DNA of 58,315 nt, the filler included, from Sphacelaria rigidula (lineage: Eukaryota): NCBI GenBank assembly GCA_964200075.2. It is 5 parts of 5 records of this genome, joined end to end, with 100 filler letters (N's around TTAATTAATTAA, not from the genome) between each part and the next. Parts side by side here need not be neighbours in the genome. Positions count along the whole stretch, not along the records: positions 11,685 to 23,268 come from CAXNAA020004746.1; positions 23,369 to 34,951 come from CAXNAA020004747.1; 3 more parts are not named here. One strand, given 5' to 3'. Shown here piece after piece: positions 13,175 through 26,400 of the stretch (the stretch's first letter is position 1; every line of letters begins with the position of its first letter). Below the pieces are notes generated by a model, which had not been told where the DNA came from, made no database searches, and saw only the letters and a program-made list of their open reading frames with translations. Both the position numbers and the translations under genes were made by a program.

Positions 13175-13644
13175 GTGAGACAAGATATTCGTCAATAGCA
13201 TTGAGAATGGGGCCAGGCCCCGTGAAGAACGCCCCCACAACCGCCAGAGTTTGACTTGTGCACGATGGAAAGCTCTGGAACAGGGCAGTTTTTTTTTTGT
13301 TGGGGGGGGGGGTGTTGGCCAAGATGGTCGTTTTCCTCTTCACAGAGTGCACGAAATGATTTCTCGATGTCCCGTCACAGTTCCCGTTGCTCGTACCCAG
13401 CCAGCATTGAGCTCCGAGTCTTGGAGCTCTGAATCTATGAACGTCAATGTCTCCTGCTTGAATCAACTTTCCCTTCGCAAAATTCATTATTTCAGTAGAT
13501 ACTTAAGGGAGGGAAGTGTTGGTTTCGAAAAGGGAACTTGCTTCATGAGATGTCGGTGAAGAAGCCCTGGAGTCCGGGAATCATAGAGTACTTTTTTTGG
13601 TCACACTTTAAACTTCTTCCGTTCCTCGCGACGAGGCCGTGTTC

Positions 13645-13722
13645 TAATAGTCTTGTTGTCTAATCGTCTGATAGTCTGATAGTCTATCTGTCTAATAGTC
13701 TCACAGTCTAATAGTGTAATAG
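13645..13722. repeat. (TAGTCTAA)n-like degenerate microsatellite in an MCM9 intron, possibly a retroposon tail
   Basis: Repeated gtctaata/gtctgata units. Confidence 0.6.
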
Positions 13723-14257
13723 TGTCAAGGGATCAACCCAACTCTCCCCGGTTCGCTACATCTCCGGTGAGTGAAAGTTCGGGAAAGAAAAATCATGTGA
13801 TGCGGACACTCATGCCGTTCTGTAGTACTACAGGACACTTCTTCCGAGACGGTGGGGTAGAGTACGTAGAACAAGGCGTTCCGTGCGGAGATTTAGTGTT
13901 TGTTGTTTCATTGGCTGGCATCAGATCAGCTCGAAGCACGAGGAGGGCGTGGCACGTGAGAAAATCGGCATCAAAGGCTGATCGTGGAACCGCGGACATA
14001 CTGGAGAAAAAAACGAAAACCGAGACTAAAACGGCCCAATTAGTCAATACGTGTGGATCACCTTAGACTCTGGTCGGCGTTTTAGGGTGTCGCTTTCGAT
14101 ATTGTGTCGCGCCGATCACGCTGAGCTTCCTGAGAAACATCAGGTCAAAGCTATGTGCTCGTTGTTGATCCGCCTTTCCCCCTCATCAATACACGCTGAT
14201 CTATGTCCCGCCTCCTCTGTCGCTCTCGCCCCCCCCCACCCCACCCCACAACTACAG

Positions 14258-14401
14258 GTGGTCGTGGCGAAGTACTACCAAAGCCAGCGAAGTGCCGACA
14301 ACCGATCTGCAGCGCGTACCACCGTTCGGCTGCTCGAGTCTTTGATACGATTGGCGCAAGCGCACGCGAGGCTAATGTGTCGAACCGAAGTCACGCTTCA
14401 G
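14258..14401 (+). CDS. MCM9: MCM9 exon with sensor-2 motif
   Basis: actacag|[48 protein letters not shown]|gt; 144 nt, phase 0/0; YYQ.QR...[22 protein letters not shown] is characteristic of MCM9. Confidence 0.95.
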
Positions 14402-14759
14402 GTGCACAGTCACTCACGCCTAACTTTTACGAAACGCTTTCCGTCCTTGCTTCTATGTAAAAATCCGAAGTCCAAGGTTGCGTTCTGTAGGATATAGCCG
14501 GAAATTGGAATTGGGGGATTTTTGGTTGGCGTACCAAACTATGCCAACATGTTTATCGATCATCTCGGTATGATCCGGCATGGTATCGGCCCTTGATCTG
14601 AACAAGAATCCAGTATGGTTCGGAAGGGTATTTTACCGATGAAATACATTTTATTTTATTTTTACCATTGTAAATAGCCGAAGTTCAGCTGGTGTATACC
14701 CTACAGAGCACATTTTGTTTTCACCGGTAGCCCGTCTCGCCCCTCCTTTGGAAATGATC

Positions 14760-16375
14760 CACACCCTGGACAATACAATATGTTTCTAATATATATTAGT
14801 CGATCATGTTGAAAATTTGCGATATATTGTCGGCGGAATATATATGTTAGTACCCTTGGACCGCACACGTATTGCGCGCCCAATATATATTGATATCGTG
14901 GGACTGCATACGTATTGCCCGCCCAATATATATTGGGGCAGTGTGGGTGACGGCATATTGCACGACCAATATATATTAGGGTTGCATTAGTGAGAACATA
15001 TTGACCGGTCAATATATATTGAATCTGCGTCGGTGCCGATGTATTGGCCGGTCAATTACATCGGATATTATAAGTGTGGTGTACACTTGAAGAAAGATCC
15101 AGACGCGGTGGATGCCGGAGCCCGTGCAGATTGGGAAACGCTTCGAAGGGAGTAGCAGAAGTTTGCGTGCATTGCTACCAAGAGTTGTCGAATTCGTTTG
15201 ATATATATATATACTGATCAGAAAATATGGTGGCAAAAGAGGCGACCCGGTATATATGCCTTCTGGTACCTGTCTGGCCACCGGTACGGGGCCGCCCATC
15301 CCCTTTACAGCATGTAATATATCTTCGGTAAACATCACGACGACAGAAAACCCGGATCGATATGCGTCTTTTGGTGCTCCTGTGGTCACTGGTTCTGTGT
15401 TGCTTATACCCTGGACAATATTATATGTTCCAATATCATAATACGTTGTATTGGAGACAGCTCAAATATTGTCCTTTCAACATATATTGTTTTGAGATGT
15501 CCTCGGAGATATTGAAGCAATAACATATATTTCTCGTGTCATGATCGTGTAGTAATGCTTGACAATATATATGTTGGACATGCTTTCGCTCCGTGCACAA
15601 AACATTCAATATATATTGTGCATGCCGGCCTTGTACGTATTAAACTTCCAAAATATATTGAGTTGGAGCGATGCGTAATATATTGTTAACATAATATACA
15701 TCGAGCGCAAACCATGCAAAAGTATTGTTTTTCCAATATATATTGCGCACGCTCATCGCATAGCTACTGTGCAGCCAATATATATTGTACACGCTCGCGG
15801 AGGAATATATTGAGCGTTTTCGGCATGTGGTGATACGTTTTCCGATGGCGCCCGCGAACGTAGAACAGCCCACCATACTTATTCCAATGCACTTTCCAAT
15901 CTACGTGTTGAACGTCAACATATGTTGCTACACCAACACGTATTGTGACCGTCCGTTCCCTCGTGTATTGTCCGCCCAATATATATTGGACGCATTGACG
16001 CACAGCATATTGTGGGGGCAATATATATTGACGCTTCGGGTGTTGAGTATATGGAACTATCAATATATTTTGACCTCGTGTGGCAGCCAATATATTATTC
16101 GACAAATATATATTGGGGTCTCACCGCACCAACATGTTACTCGGCCAATATATATATATATATATTGAGGTGGCGCGTGTCGTGATATATTGTTCGGTCG
16201 ATACATATTGCATGTCGCGAGACTTGACATTTTGATAACACAATATATATATTGACCCCCTCTCGTGTCATCATATTGCTCGCCCAATATATATTGACCA
16301 CCCGACGCGTCGACATTTCGAGCGGGCAGTATATATATATATATATATATTACATATTGTGTTGTCCAGGGTGTG
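14760..16375 (+). mobile_element. Non-autonomous TIR transposon with 8-bp TSD, copy 1 (MCM9 intron)
   Basis: TIRs CACACCCTGGACAATACAATA / TATTGTGTTGTCCAGGGTGTG; TSD AAATGATC / AAACGATC; many CAATATATATTG palindromic subrepeats. Confidence 0.92.
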
Positions 16376-16598
16376 AAACGATCATAATCGGCGTATTTCC
16401 GTTGCCTTTTCATGCACAAGTAACTACTCGGGTTAATGTTCCACCGTACTCCTTTTCGCTGTATCTCAGCAAAAAGCTGAGGATCTTGCTTCGTGTCAGA
16501 CGTGTGTCTTGTACAGGTATTTAGAGTTATGTTCCGTACACGCTTTTTTTTCAAACTAATATCGTTGTTGCGGCGACTGCATTCATTAAACTTGGCAG

Positions 16599-16704
16599 GA
16601 CGCTCTTGTATCGGTAATCTGCGTGGAGACATCGCTGCACTCCACGGCACAGTTGGGCATGGAATCTGTCCTGCACAGTGATTTTCCCCCCAACCCTGAC
16701 GAAG
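16599..16704 (+). CDS. MCM9: MCM9 exon
   Basis: ttggcag|DALVSVICVETSLHSTAQLGMESVLHSDFPPNPDE|gtatgt; matches the MCM9 'DA..V...ES.......LH..FP.NP' segment; phase 0 to 1. Confidence 0.92.
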
Positions 16705-17745
16705 GTATGTACAAAATGGGTGCAAATGGACCGAATGCTAAAACTGCAGGTCGGGGACGTGGGTAGATCGCACAGAGTGCGAAGCCCGATCGCGCGCGCC
16801 AGCGCGCGTGTATGTACACCTATATGTGAAACTGTTTATATATGGGATCTGAAGAGGTCGTGGCACGGGTTTGTCGTCGACAGGCATGATATGCAGCTTG
16901 AAAACGGTTTTGGTCGAGTAGCAAACCAGCTGTCATGTGCTTTTTCGCAGGATTTAGAACAGACCGCACACATGAACACGCGCGACACGAGTCGTTGTGC
17001 CGGGTATGTATTTAGTAGATTATCTCTCTCTCCGCCATCTTGAGCGCCGTCAGCGTCACGGAAAACGGGTATGAATAGCTTCAAACGCTCAACGCCTACC
17101 CCTGAAAATAGATCTCCTTTGCGTTCGCCGAACTTTGCCCGACACAATTGCAGCCCATCGTACCGTCACAAATAATATAAAGTCTTCGCAAGAAGTGGAG
17201 GATATGTGCAGTCTGAAGAATACCCGTTGCTTTATGCCCTACAAATGGTCGTCATGTGCAAAACCTTGCGCATCGAAGTATACCCACGCGTACCGCCATG
17301 GAATCACTGCTGGGGACCAGTCGGCGTAGTCATTCCCCAACTAATTCTCCTTCCTTTTTGTTGCGTTTTCATCGGGGGTCAATATTGATCAACTCGTTCA
17401 GCCTCTTGTGGAGGCTGCCCAGGCTTCAAAATCCAGTTGCTGCTTCTTGTTTATCATGAGTCATCACCTTGCCCCAATCGCACTCACATGGTGTTGGTGT
17501 CGTCGTCTCTGTTTGCTGTTTCAATCTTCGGGGGGGGGGGGGGGCATATGTTGTAGTGACATACAATCCGTCCTACTCTGCCGCAATCCCCCCCCTGGCC
17601 ACACCGCAATTACTAGTGCCGTACATTTGTGTCTGATGATCGTTGCAAGAGCACCACTTTTATTTTCTCATTCGATAAAAATCAATAGTAAAGCTATTGA
17701 GAATATTTTCTTGTTGAAAAGCTATACGTCTAACAGAAATTGTTC

Positions 17746-17825
17746 CACACGCGCCAGACAGATCAGCTCGTGACAGATTCGGGTCGGCTCATTTGGGGTG
17801 TAGATCGTGATCTGTCTGAGGTGTG
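17746..17825. mobile_element. Tiny MITE remnant with CACAC...GTGTG ends
   Basis: CACACGCGCCAGACAGATC ... GATCTGTCTGAGGTGTG; a related end (GATCTGTCCGAGGAGTG) closes a GATCTGTATGAC-rich repeat near 19281; no clear TSD. Confidence 0.45.
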
Positions 17826-20222
17826 CTTTGACCCGTACATATTTGCCGAGCGACGAGCTGAATAACCCGCTTCACACACACTTTCGTGTGCAACTAATCT
17901 GCAGAACTGTGTCATCCGTACAATATCACATAGTTGGCATCTTTAAGACTCGGCTGAAGTAAACGCAGCAGTTTCTCGTCGTCCCGCGCGATTTGAGTAT
18001 CATATCTACCAAAAGCTAGCCCTACTTGTAGAATCCGAATCTAGTGTACAAGAAGCAGTTTCTCGCATCCGTAAGATCCGGATCAAGTATATAAGAAACA
18101 GTATTCAGTATTCCTGACCTACTGTACTGTATGGCCCGGGTATATTGTGCATGTTCACAAGTCCGTAGGTTGACTGTAGCAGCCCGGGCACATGGAACAT
18201 GAAGTACATACATTTATTCCGACCTGATTCCATTGGAGGGGTACACATCATTTTCCTGAGGCTATGTACTGTCGGAGCCTGTCCATGCCAAATATCTGGG
18301 CCTTAGTGTGCAGCCTCAGAAAACGTTTGGACTGAAAAGTGCACCCCCACCGTGAAATCTCTGCGCAGTACTGATTGGTGGAGTGTACGAGTATCACTGT
18401 GGAACTTTGATCTGCTCGCATGCTCAACACAGTGTAGACATGTGGAAGAAACGGGATATGTCTTGAGCCTGAGGCGCGAGGTCATCTCGCACAACACGCA
18501 TTACTTTGCTGATAGCAACACCGAACCAGTTCACACTTAAATAGTAACTAGAGCAGCGACCTCCAAGCATTAGCAATGACTTCACTCGGTAGCGTTTTTT
18601 TTTGTGCTCTTAGCGCTAATCGTCGTGGCGAAACGTGGTTTGGGCTTCTTTACGCCGGCAGCAGTAGCAGTAGTGGTGAGGAGCAATGGATTGTGATTTA
18701 CGTAGGTAGGTGAGACGCATAGTATGGACGACTGAAACATTCCGGGCAAAAGCCATCAATGTGTACCTTGCCGGCGTTAATGAAACACGGGTGGCCCCGG
18801 CAAGCCTGCCTGACGATCAGCCGGATGATCTTTGCAATCTGGGATTGATCTGTATCCGTATGACCCGTTTAACCTATACATATTTCTCGGCTGGTGACCT
18901 GAAGAACCCAGTTGCCCTGCACACATGGCCTGATGAACGATCTGTATGACTGTTATTCGTACAAGCCCGTGTGATGGTGATCCGTATGACCCGAGTATTT
19001 GCACCAGGGTTTCCATAGTTGATTTGTATACTCTGTTTATCCGTACATCACCTCCCTAGACACACCGGTGTTATCCGAATCAGGCGTACTCGAAACGTCA
19101 ACAACAACCTGTGCACCCTCATGACTGGTACAAGATACCCCTCTTGTGATCGATGATACCCGGAACACGAGGGCCGTTCCATAGCTAGTTGCACTGTGTC
19201 ACTCGAATCGTGTACACAAATGTGTTCACACACCACCTGTATGACCCGGGTGACGTGGAGTGTGATCTGTCCGAGGAGTGAATTATTTCATAATCTTTAC
19301 TCTTAGCATATTTCACTTCTGAGAAATGGACGACTTTCCGAGTGCTATGATGTAAGGTTGCCCTTCAGTCCACCTCTTGACATTTCACGTTTTTGGTCAA
19401 GAGGTAGGGAATGTTCTTTGGTTCAAAGTGTTGACATCGCACGACAGAACAAGGTGTGACCCGTTTGCAACAAAGTGCCGCCCTGCTTTCTTACGCACTG
19501 TTTTTCAAGTGGGTTGTCGTCGTGTTCGTTGCCACCTAGTACTCGGTTCACTCCACACCCGCGTGCATTGTGTACCCTACCTATTATAGCAAACTATGGA
19601 AGACACATCTTTGCAGTGAAATATCAGAAACTGATGCTACACATGTATGAAGAACCAGCGCAAGAAGGTACAAGGTAGGAACGGTCCGAAAGGGCCAGAC
19701 TACCGAGGACCCTGTAATGCCAACGACACTAGACAGCTTGGGGTGATGCCAGAAAGAGCCTGATATCAAGACGGGCCAACATCCCCCGGGGAGGTGGTCG
19801 CCCCCTGGCGACCACTTCTCGTCTTACCCCTTCTTGCCAACATATACAAGAGGAAATCATCGCCAGCCTCGGAATCCCCTAGGCATCAGGACGGCAGTCT
19901 CTTCCGTAGGTCTCTGACTACTCTAGCGATATGCCTTCCTCACAAAAAACGCCTTGAAAACGTGTACTGCCTGTGCTGATGATGCTCTGGTCCTTGGTGT
20001 ATACCTCGGCTGCAGTGTGCGAGTTGGAGCGGGCGCGTAGTGGTTGTCTCGTGTTCGATGTGATGTGGTGCAGAGCATTCTGGTACCAGGTGTGCACACC
20101 AACAACCATGCAGAGGCTAATTTTACCTACAGGTATCTGATAGGTGGAGGATTCAACGCGGTTCCTTCGCCTTCCCCTCCTGCCCGCTCGACGACGCTAT
20201 ATTTTCCCGACACGCTCAACAG

Positions 20223-20268
20223 AGTTCGAAATCCAACAAGGGCTCATCCTGGATCGTCTGGGTCTAAG
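20223..20268 (+). CDS. MCM9: MCM9 46-nt exon
   Basis: ctcaacag|(E)FEIQQGLILDRLGL|gtgcga; matches the MCM9 'Y..Q..LIL..L.L' segment; phase 1 to 2, fitting both neighbours. Confidence 0.85.
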
Positions 20269-21354
20269 GTGCGAGTTTGCGAGTATACTTCGAGCATGAA
20301 CATAATACGCACCATTCTCGTAGGATGATCGGACGGCATTATGACATACCTATGCTATGCTTCCGCCGAGTACAAGTGCTTGGATAACGTGACAAGTTGC
20401 TGATTTAGAGCCGCGCCGGTGTCCGCTCGTACTTCCCCTGAGAAACCGCATGTCAAGTCAACATGGCTGAATCTGCCTGCCAGAAAACCGTGCTGATCCC
20501 GTCCAAATCTGACGAGAATACGCTCCCGCCCCTGTCCTCACAGGAATATTCCCGATATTTTTCGCGAGATTTCCCGTAAACAGAAAGAGAATCCCCGTGC
20601 AATCTTACGAGAAATTAAGTATATCTTGACCTTTGTGAGGTATGGGAACTTTTTTGTTCTTTCAAAACCCGGTCGCTTCCACACTTTATTTCTCTGTTAC
20701 ATTTGTATGACAACATAAACCGTCACAGTTATCGTGAGCAGGGCTTGCAGAGGGACTCCCCCAAGGGACGGGACGAGAAGTTCCTTACCCTCAAAAGACC
20801 CTGGAAGGGACGGAATCGTTTTCTAGTCGCAATCATGAGTCGATCCAGCCGCTCTTGTCGGACGTTGCACCTTCATTTATGTGATTGTGTTTTTCGTGAG
20901 GTTATGATCTCATCGTGCTTGTTTTGGGGAGTTATACACATATATTCCCGTGAGGACGGGACGGGATGGGACAGGGTAGGACAGGAATTCCCGTCCCGTA
21001 AATGTTTTGGCGACGGGGAAACGGCCACGCCCGTCCCATAGCCTTTGGCGAAGGGGAGTGATTCTGCATGCAATAGTAACAGGCCCATTGATCTCGCATG
21101 GCCCTCGAGGGTGGAGGAATTCCCGTGCCGCTCCAAAGTCCGTCACATGCCATGCTTGGTTCCAATTGTACCGTTTCGTAGTCGCCACGAGTTGATGAAA
21201 AAAATGTGTAACGAATTGGGTTTGCGGAGAACGATATCCAATCCCACATCGCATCGGCTGCCCTTAGGGAAGTTTGATCCTTCCAAGCGAACAGACGTGA
21301 TTATCCGCCCCCCCGCCCTCCGCCCTCATCCTCCTCTTTGCTCATATTTTGCAG

Positions 21355-21700
21355 CAACCTCCATCACCCACGTGACAAGTCACAACCGCAACAACCACCA
21401 CCACCGCCTTTCAACTCGCAAGACGGTTCAGTGAACGGCAACAGGTGGGCGGAGTTTGGAGCCGCTGCTGCTTCACAAAGATCACGATCCAAGCGACCCC
21501 TCGATACGACTACGCAGGGCGGGGTGATTGGCCGTCAGGAAGGCGTTGTTGTTGGTGGCGTTTGTAATGGCGATGGTGGTGGTGGTGGTAGGGATGATGG
21601 ACAGGGAAGGGGAGAGGAAAGGGGCGGGAGTGGGTGGGGAGATGTGCTTTCCATGAGTCAAAGATCAGATTCCACTAGTTCTTCCATTCCACGCCGATGA
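21355..21700 (+). CDS. MCM9: MCM9 probable terminal exon (low-complexity tail)
   Basis: Strong pyrimidine tract then ttttgcag|; phase-2 start matches the previous exon; open to TGA at 21698-21700; Pro/Gly/Ser-rich. Confidence 0.7.
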
Positions 21701-23268
21701 TGAGTGACACACGGTGAAGAAAGACTGGGGAGAACAGGGTCCGTTTTTTTTTAATCTACGGAGGCCAGGCGTGCGTGTCGAGCTTTCATGACCATTCATC
21801 GAAGATGAGGTTTTTGCTTCCTTTTTTTTTTAACATTTGCCGACTTGTTACTACTTGTTGGAAGATGAACCCCTCTCTCCACATTTAGAGGAAGTACGAA
21901 AAAACTGAAAAATAAATCGGACGGACTTCACGCCAGTTCTAGACGCAAAGTCTGCTCCTCTGGAAGTGCGTCCTTATTTCTGCTCCGAGAACGCCTGAGC
22001 AGCGTAACCTCGTCTCAAGCAGTGGTTTACCGCGTGTCACCCACGAGACACATCTCACCATGATTCTCCCGTCCCACTGCCGCTGTCTCAACCGTAAGAC
22101 CGAGTTCCCCAGCTTCGGTATTGAGTCGCTGAACGAGCCGGCGGCGGTGACTTGGTGGTGATCTGCGGTCGACCTGGTGTCGGCCCGGCGGAGCGGCGTC
22201 GTGTCCGACCTAGGGTTAGCGGTCGACCTGCGGGTTTCGGGGCTCCACGCTGTAGCCAAGCGATTGGGAATCCATACATGAATAATGTGATGTGATCTGA
22301 AGCGATCTAGATCACTTTCGGGATTGATCTGTGCGATCTAGATCACGCGGAGCGGAGGATACCCTTTGGCTGGAATTTCGGACACACCGGCACCGCTCCC
22401 CTCCCTCACAGGAACAGGAATATCTACGACGCTAGGGGAACGAACCATGATCCAAACCATATTCTCGTGGTAGACCTTGTGCGAGAAGACGCTGACGAAA
22501 CATACGTGTACAGAATTCAATAGAAGCATCTCCTTCCATTTTTTCTGCCCAACGACTTGTGACACCCTCTTTTGTTCCCATAATGCAGTAACAGTCACAT
22601 GGCGCAACACCACAGTACCGAACAAGAAACAAGATACTTTTAGAAAGATAAGAAAAATATCGAAATGAGCCGATACATTACAGAAAATATATATTGCTGT
22701 CGTGCGGGCAAAGCATGTACCACCTTGCGAAGGCGAAACTCTCACCTGGTTAATGATCTGCCAGACCGTTGCCATATACGGGAGGAGATGGACGCTGTGG
22801 CTGTAGAATTTCGCGCATTGTAGCATGAAAACGTTGTGCTGTAAGTTTTTCCCACGAACGGCAAGCAGGGTCGACTTCTTTTTGGCACCGGCTGAATCAT
22901 GCATTGCTGACATCATGTGTATCGAAGAATTGACGCATTCCGAAGTCCCCTGGAGAGCGTCAGAGTATTGTAAGAAGTGTTTTGTTCGATCCTACCTCAA
23001 TCTGCAAACGATATACTGGAATAGATTGCCCTATGTCCAGGGCGCTTCCAATTTCAATTTATTTCAGTATTTGTGATGTGACGTTACGGTCTCGGATTTC
23101 GGCGGTAAAACCGGAGTGGTCTCGGCTGGGCTGTTCTACTCTCAAACGAAGGTCTGCCCCAAGGGTTGGTTCAAAATATATTTCGCCACACGTAGGCCCC
23201 AAGGTAAAAAATTCAAGTTTTCAGGAGGGCTTGGGGGGGGGGGGGGCGTACTCATTTGTTTCTTGCCT

Positions 23269-23368
23269 NNNNNNNNNNNNNNNNNNNNNNNNNNNNNNNN
23301 NNNNNNNNNNNNTTAATTAATTAANNNNNNNNNNNNNNNNNNNNNNNNNNNNNNNNNNNNNNNNNNNN
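23269..23368. other. Artificial scaffold-joining spacer
   Basis: Same 100-bp N/TTAATTAATTAA/N structure. Confidence 0.97.
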
Positions 23369-23434
23369 CCTTGGGGCTGCTGGATCTACCAGACCAAATA
23401 CATATATTACGAGACCAAATTACGACTCCGACTT

Positions 23435-26400
23435 CTACTTCTCATTTCTCAAGCCAAGGGCAAAGTCACGGTGAACTTCAAGAAGATCTTTCGGCAGAGC
23501 CTTCGTGAGGATGTCCGCATGCTGGGTTTCGCTGGGAACATGCGTGATCTCGATCACACCCCCCTCGGTCAAATTCCTAAGAAAGTGGTGCCTCACGTCA
23601 ATGTGCTTACTCCTGCACGAGCTAAGTGGATTCTCTGCAAGCGCAATCGCACCCTCGTTGTCCTCAGTACTTCAATCTTACGAGGCTTCACAATAGGCTC
23701 CAAGAACTGAAGCATTCCGTTCACAAAGAAAGCCTCCCTCACACCATCACCCATCGCAAGATACTCTGGTTCAGAAGTCGACTGTGAAACCCATTTTTGC
23801 GTCCTAGAAATCCAAAGTACAAGCATGGCAGCCACAAAAACCCACGCTCCCGAACCCGATCTATGGTCAATGGCCTTACTTGCAAAGTCGGCATCTACGT
23901 ACACCAACGTGCCTACGTCTACCGTACTGTCCTGCTTGAACTTCAAAGTTAAATGTGCCGTTTCCAGAAAATAATTCAGAATCTTCTGGGCTGCCTTCCA
24001 GTGGCTCTTCTTTGAGCCGTGGGATTGCCTCGCCACCGCCCGCACAGCATTCGAGATGTCGGGCCTTGTCTGGTTGGCGATCCACATCAGGCTTCCCACC
24101 ATCTCTCGGAACGGCACATCTGCTGCCCCCTCATCCTCCATCAAGGACCTGTTATCGTTGGCAAGAGAAGCAGGAATCGAGCCGGTGCGACAAATATTAA
24201 ATCCCTCAAGAACACTCCTACCTTCTTGAGAAATCTCAATCGTGCCAGCCTCGCGGTCGCGAATAAATGCGCAACCAAGAAATAACTTGACCTCACTCAA
24301 ATTCTTCGTAGGAAGAGAGGCGCCTAGCGATTTCACTACCACCTTGGCAAGACTCTTAGTTCCTGCATACAGAATGTCATCCACGTGAATCACGACCATA
24401 CCCACCACCTCGTCTCCCATCATGAGACGCAGGACACAGGGGTCAGACAGTGACTGCTGGGAACCAATCCTTTTCAATGTTCTAGATGCCTGCATCAATC
24501 CGTACAGATTCTTGTTCAAACAGACAACCTTTCCTGACATCGAACCGCAGCCAGGAGGCAACTTCATGAACACCTCGTGATCCAATTCCGAGTGAACAAA
24601 CGCTTGCTCAATATCCCAGTGGAATAATTCCAAGTTGTACTTGCACACCAACGCTACTCGCAAGCGCATCGATACAGCATTTGCAGTTTGCGAGAAAGTT
24701 TCAAGATAGTCCACACCATACTTCTGCTTGAAGCCCTTCGCTACAAGCCTAGCCTTGGCCTTCACTATCTTCCGTCTTTCGTCTGCTTTCTATTTGAAAA
24801 CGTATCTAGCATCAATCACATTTCAGCCTACTGGGATCTTTACTGCTAACGTGAACGTTCCTGCTCTTATCAAGCCTTCAACTTCTGCAGACATGGCTCC
24901 ATCCCAAATCTTTGCGTGCTTCAATTGCCGGGCTTCTTAATAGCTACCGGGCTCTGACTCAACATTCTTAACGCGTTTGCGCACGAGTTCTACCTTCTCT
25001 TACTTCATCATTCTCACGCGCATCAGTATTGAAATTAGCAAGCGATATGCCGCGGACGACGAGCGGCTGAAGGAGATGCCTCCGCCTCTACCTCCTGCCC
25101 TCCCGGCCCGACCGACTTTACCTCATCCCCTCCCGAATCCGCCGTCTCTACTTCCCCTGTCTCCAGCCCTCCCTGCCCCCCCCCGTCTATCTCAAGTGCT
25201 GGAGAAGACACAGAGGGAGCTGTTATACTAGAGGAGTTGTTCACGGGCGAAGATGGTACAGAGGGGAAGATGGAACAGAAGGGGACTGGCCTACACTACC
25301 TGCATCAACACTGCCAACCTCATCGATTCCTGCACCATAGGGTGACACTGCCTCACGATTCACATGAATACGAATGTGTTGAATCCTTCCTGCAAGCAGC
25401 CACACTTCAGTTTCTACCTCGTCGTCACTTTCCTCCCCTCCCTCTTCCGCGATCTCCATCGGCAGAGGAGGTTGCGGTGGAGGGAGCTGTGACGGCAACG
25501 CCTCCCACGTCACATCTCTCGTTTCCCAGCCCTCGTAAGTACTCTGTGACAATCACGCGGATGGTCTCTCGAAGGACCGACATAAAAGCAACTCTCACCT
25601 TTCGGTAGCAGCTTAGACGGTCGCTACCATCTGCAGTAAGCCGGCTTCAAAAAACGGATACGGTCCAGCAGGACGAGGTTCTCCATACCACATCTCAAAC
25701 AGCGACTTAGAGTCAGGATTAGCAAAGCACGCTGTGTGGTTAAGTGCCTCGCAAGCCCAGTGCATTACCACAGCCCAGAGTCTGTCAGTCTTGGATAACT
25801 GCACATGCTCAAACAGAATTTTCGCCTGAATACGAGCCGCCATAGCGGCCTCCTCAATCAATCCCAATCCACGCACTGCAACACCGTTATATGGGGGACT
25901 GTAAGCCAAGGTGAACTCTTGTTTGATCAAAAGCTCATTTCACACGGATGCAAATTCACCACGAAAAACTCCCCTCCACTGTCAGATCTAGCAATCTCAA
26001 CCAATAATGGGATTCAATCAGCACGCACACTAGCAAGAAAACTTCGGAAAGCACTCCCAGCGTCTGATTTGCTCCTCAGGAAATACATCCACGCACACCT
26101 TGTGAAATCATCCTTCACAACCATGGGGTATTGTTCACCCCCTACGGACGCAACGTCCTTCCTCCCTCCCAGGTCAACAAAAAACTCTGCCCAACTTTTT
26201 ATCCGATCTACGGTTAGTTTCATGAGCAATTCCTTTCCTACGACATCGAACATCCCGTACAAGCATGCATGTCACCGGTCAACTCGGTACCTAGTTGTTT
26301 TACAGTAGTACGAAGTAATCCCTCGTGTAAATGAGCATAAATGTTATGGAACTCGTTCACATCCATATTATTTTCATGCCTAGGGGTTGATGGAGTGAGG

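Noticed and set aside
14051..14497. 148-aa ORF as a standalone gene
   Set aside because: Only 14258-14401 is MCM9-like; the rest is intron read-through
14760..16375. Short palindromic repeats with variable spacers suggesting a CRISPR array
   Set aside because: Repeats are ~12 bp, irregularly spaced and bounded by TIRs and a TSD; no cas genes; eukaryotic intron context
16951..17003. Exon-like segment (tttttcgcag|DLEQTAH...|gtatgt) in an MCM9 intron
   Set aside because: Not needed for MCM9 homology; a 53-nt insertion would break the phase between exons 16599-16704 and 20223-20268
20740..21075. GGGAC/GTCCC-rich stretch as a structured RNA
   Set aside because: More simply a degenerate MITE in an intron; ends and TSD too decayed to call
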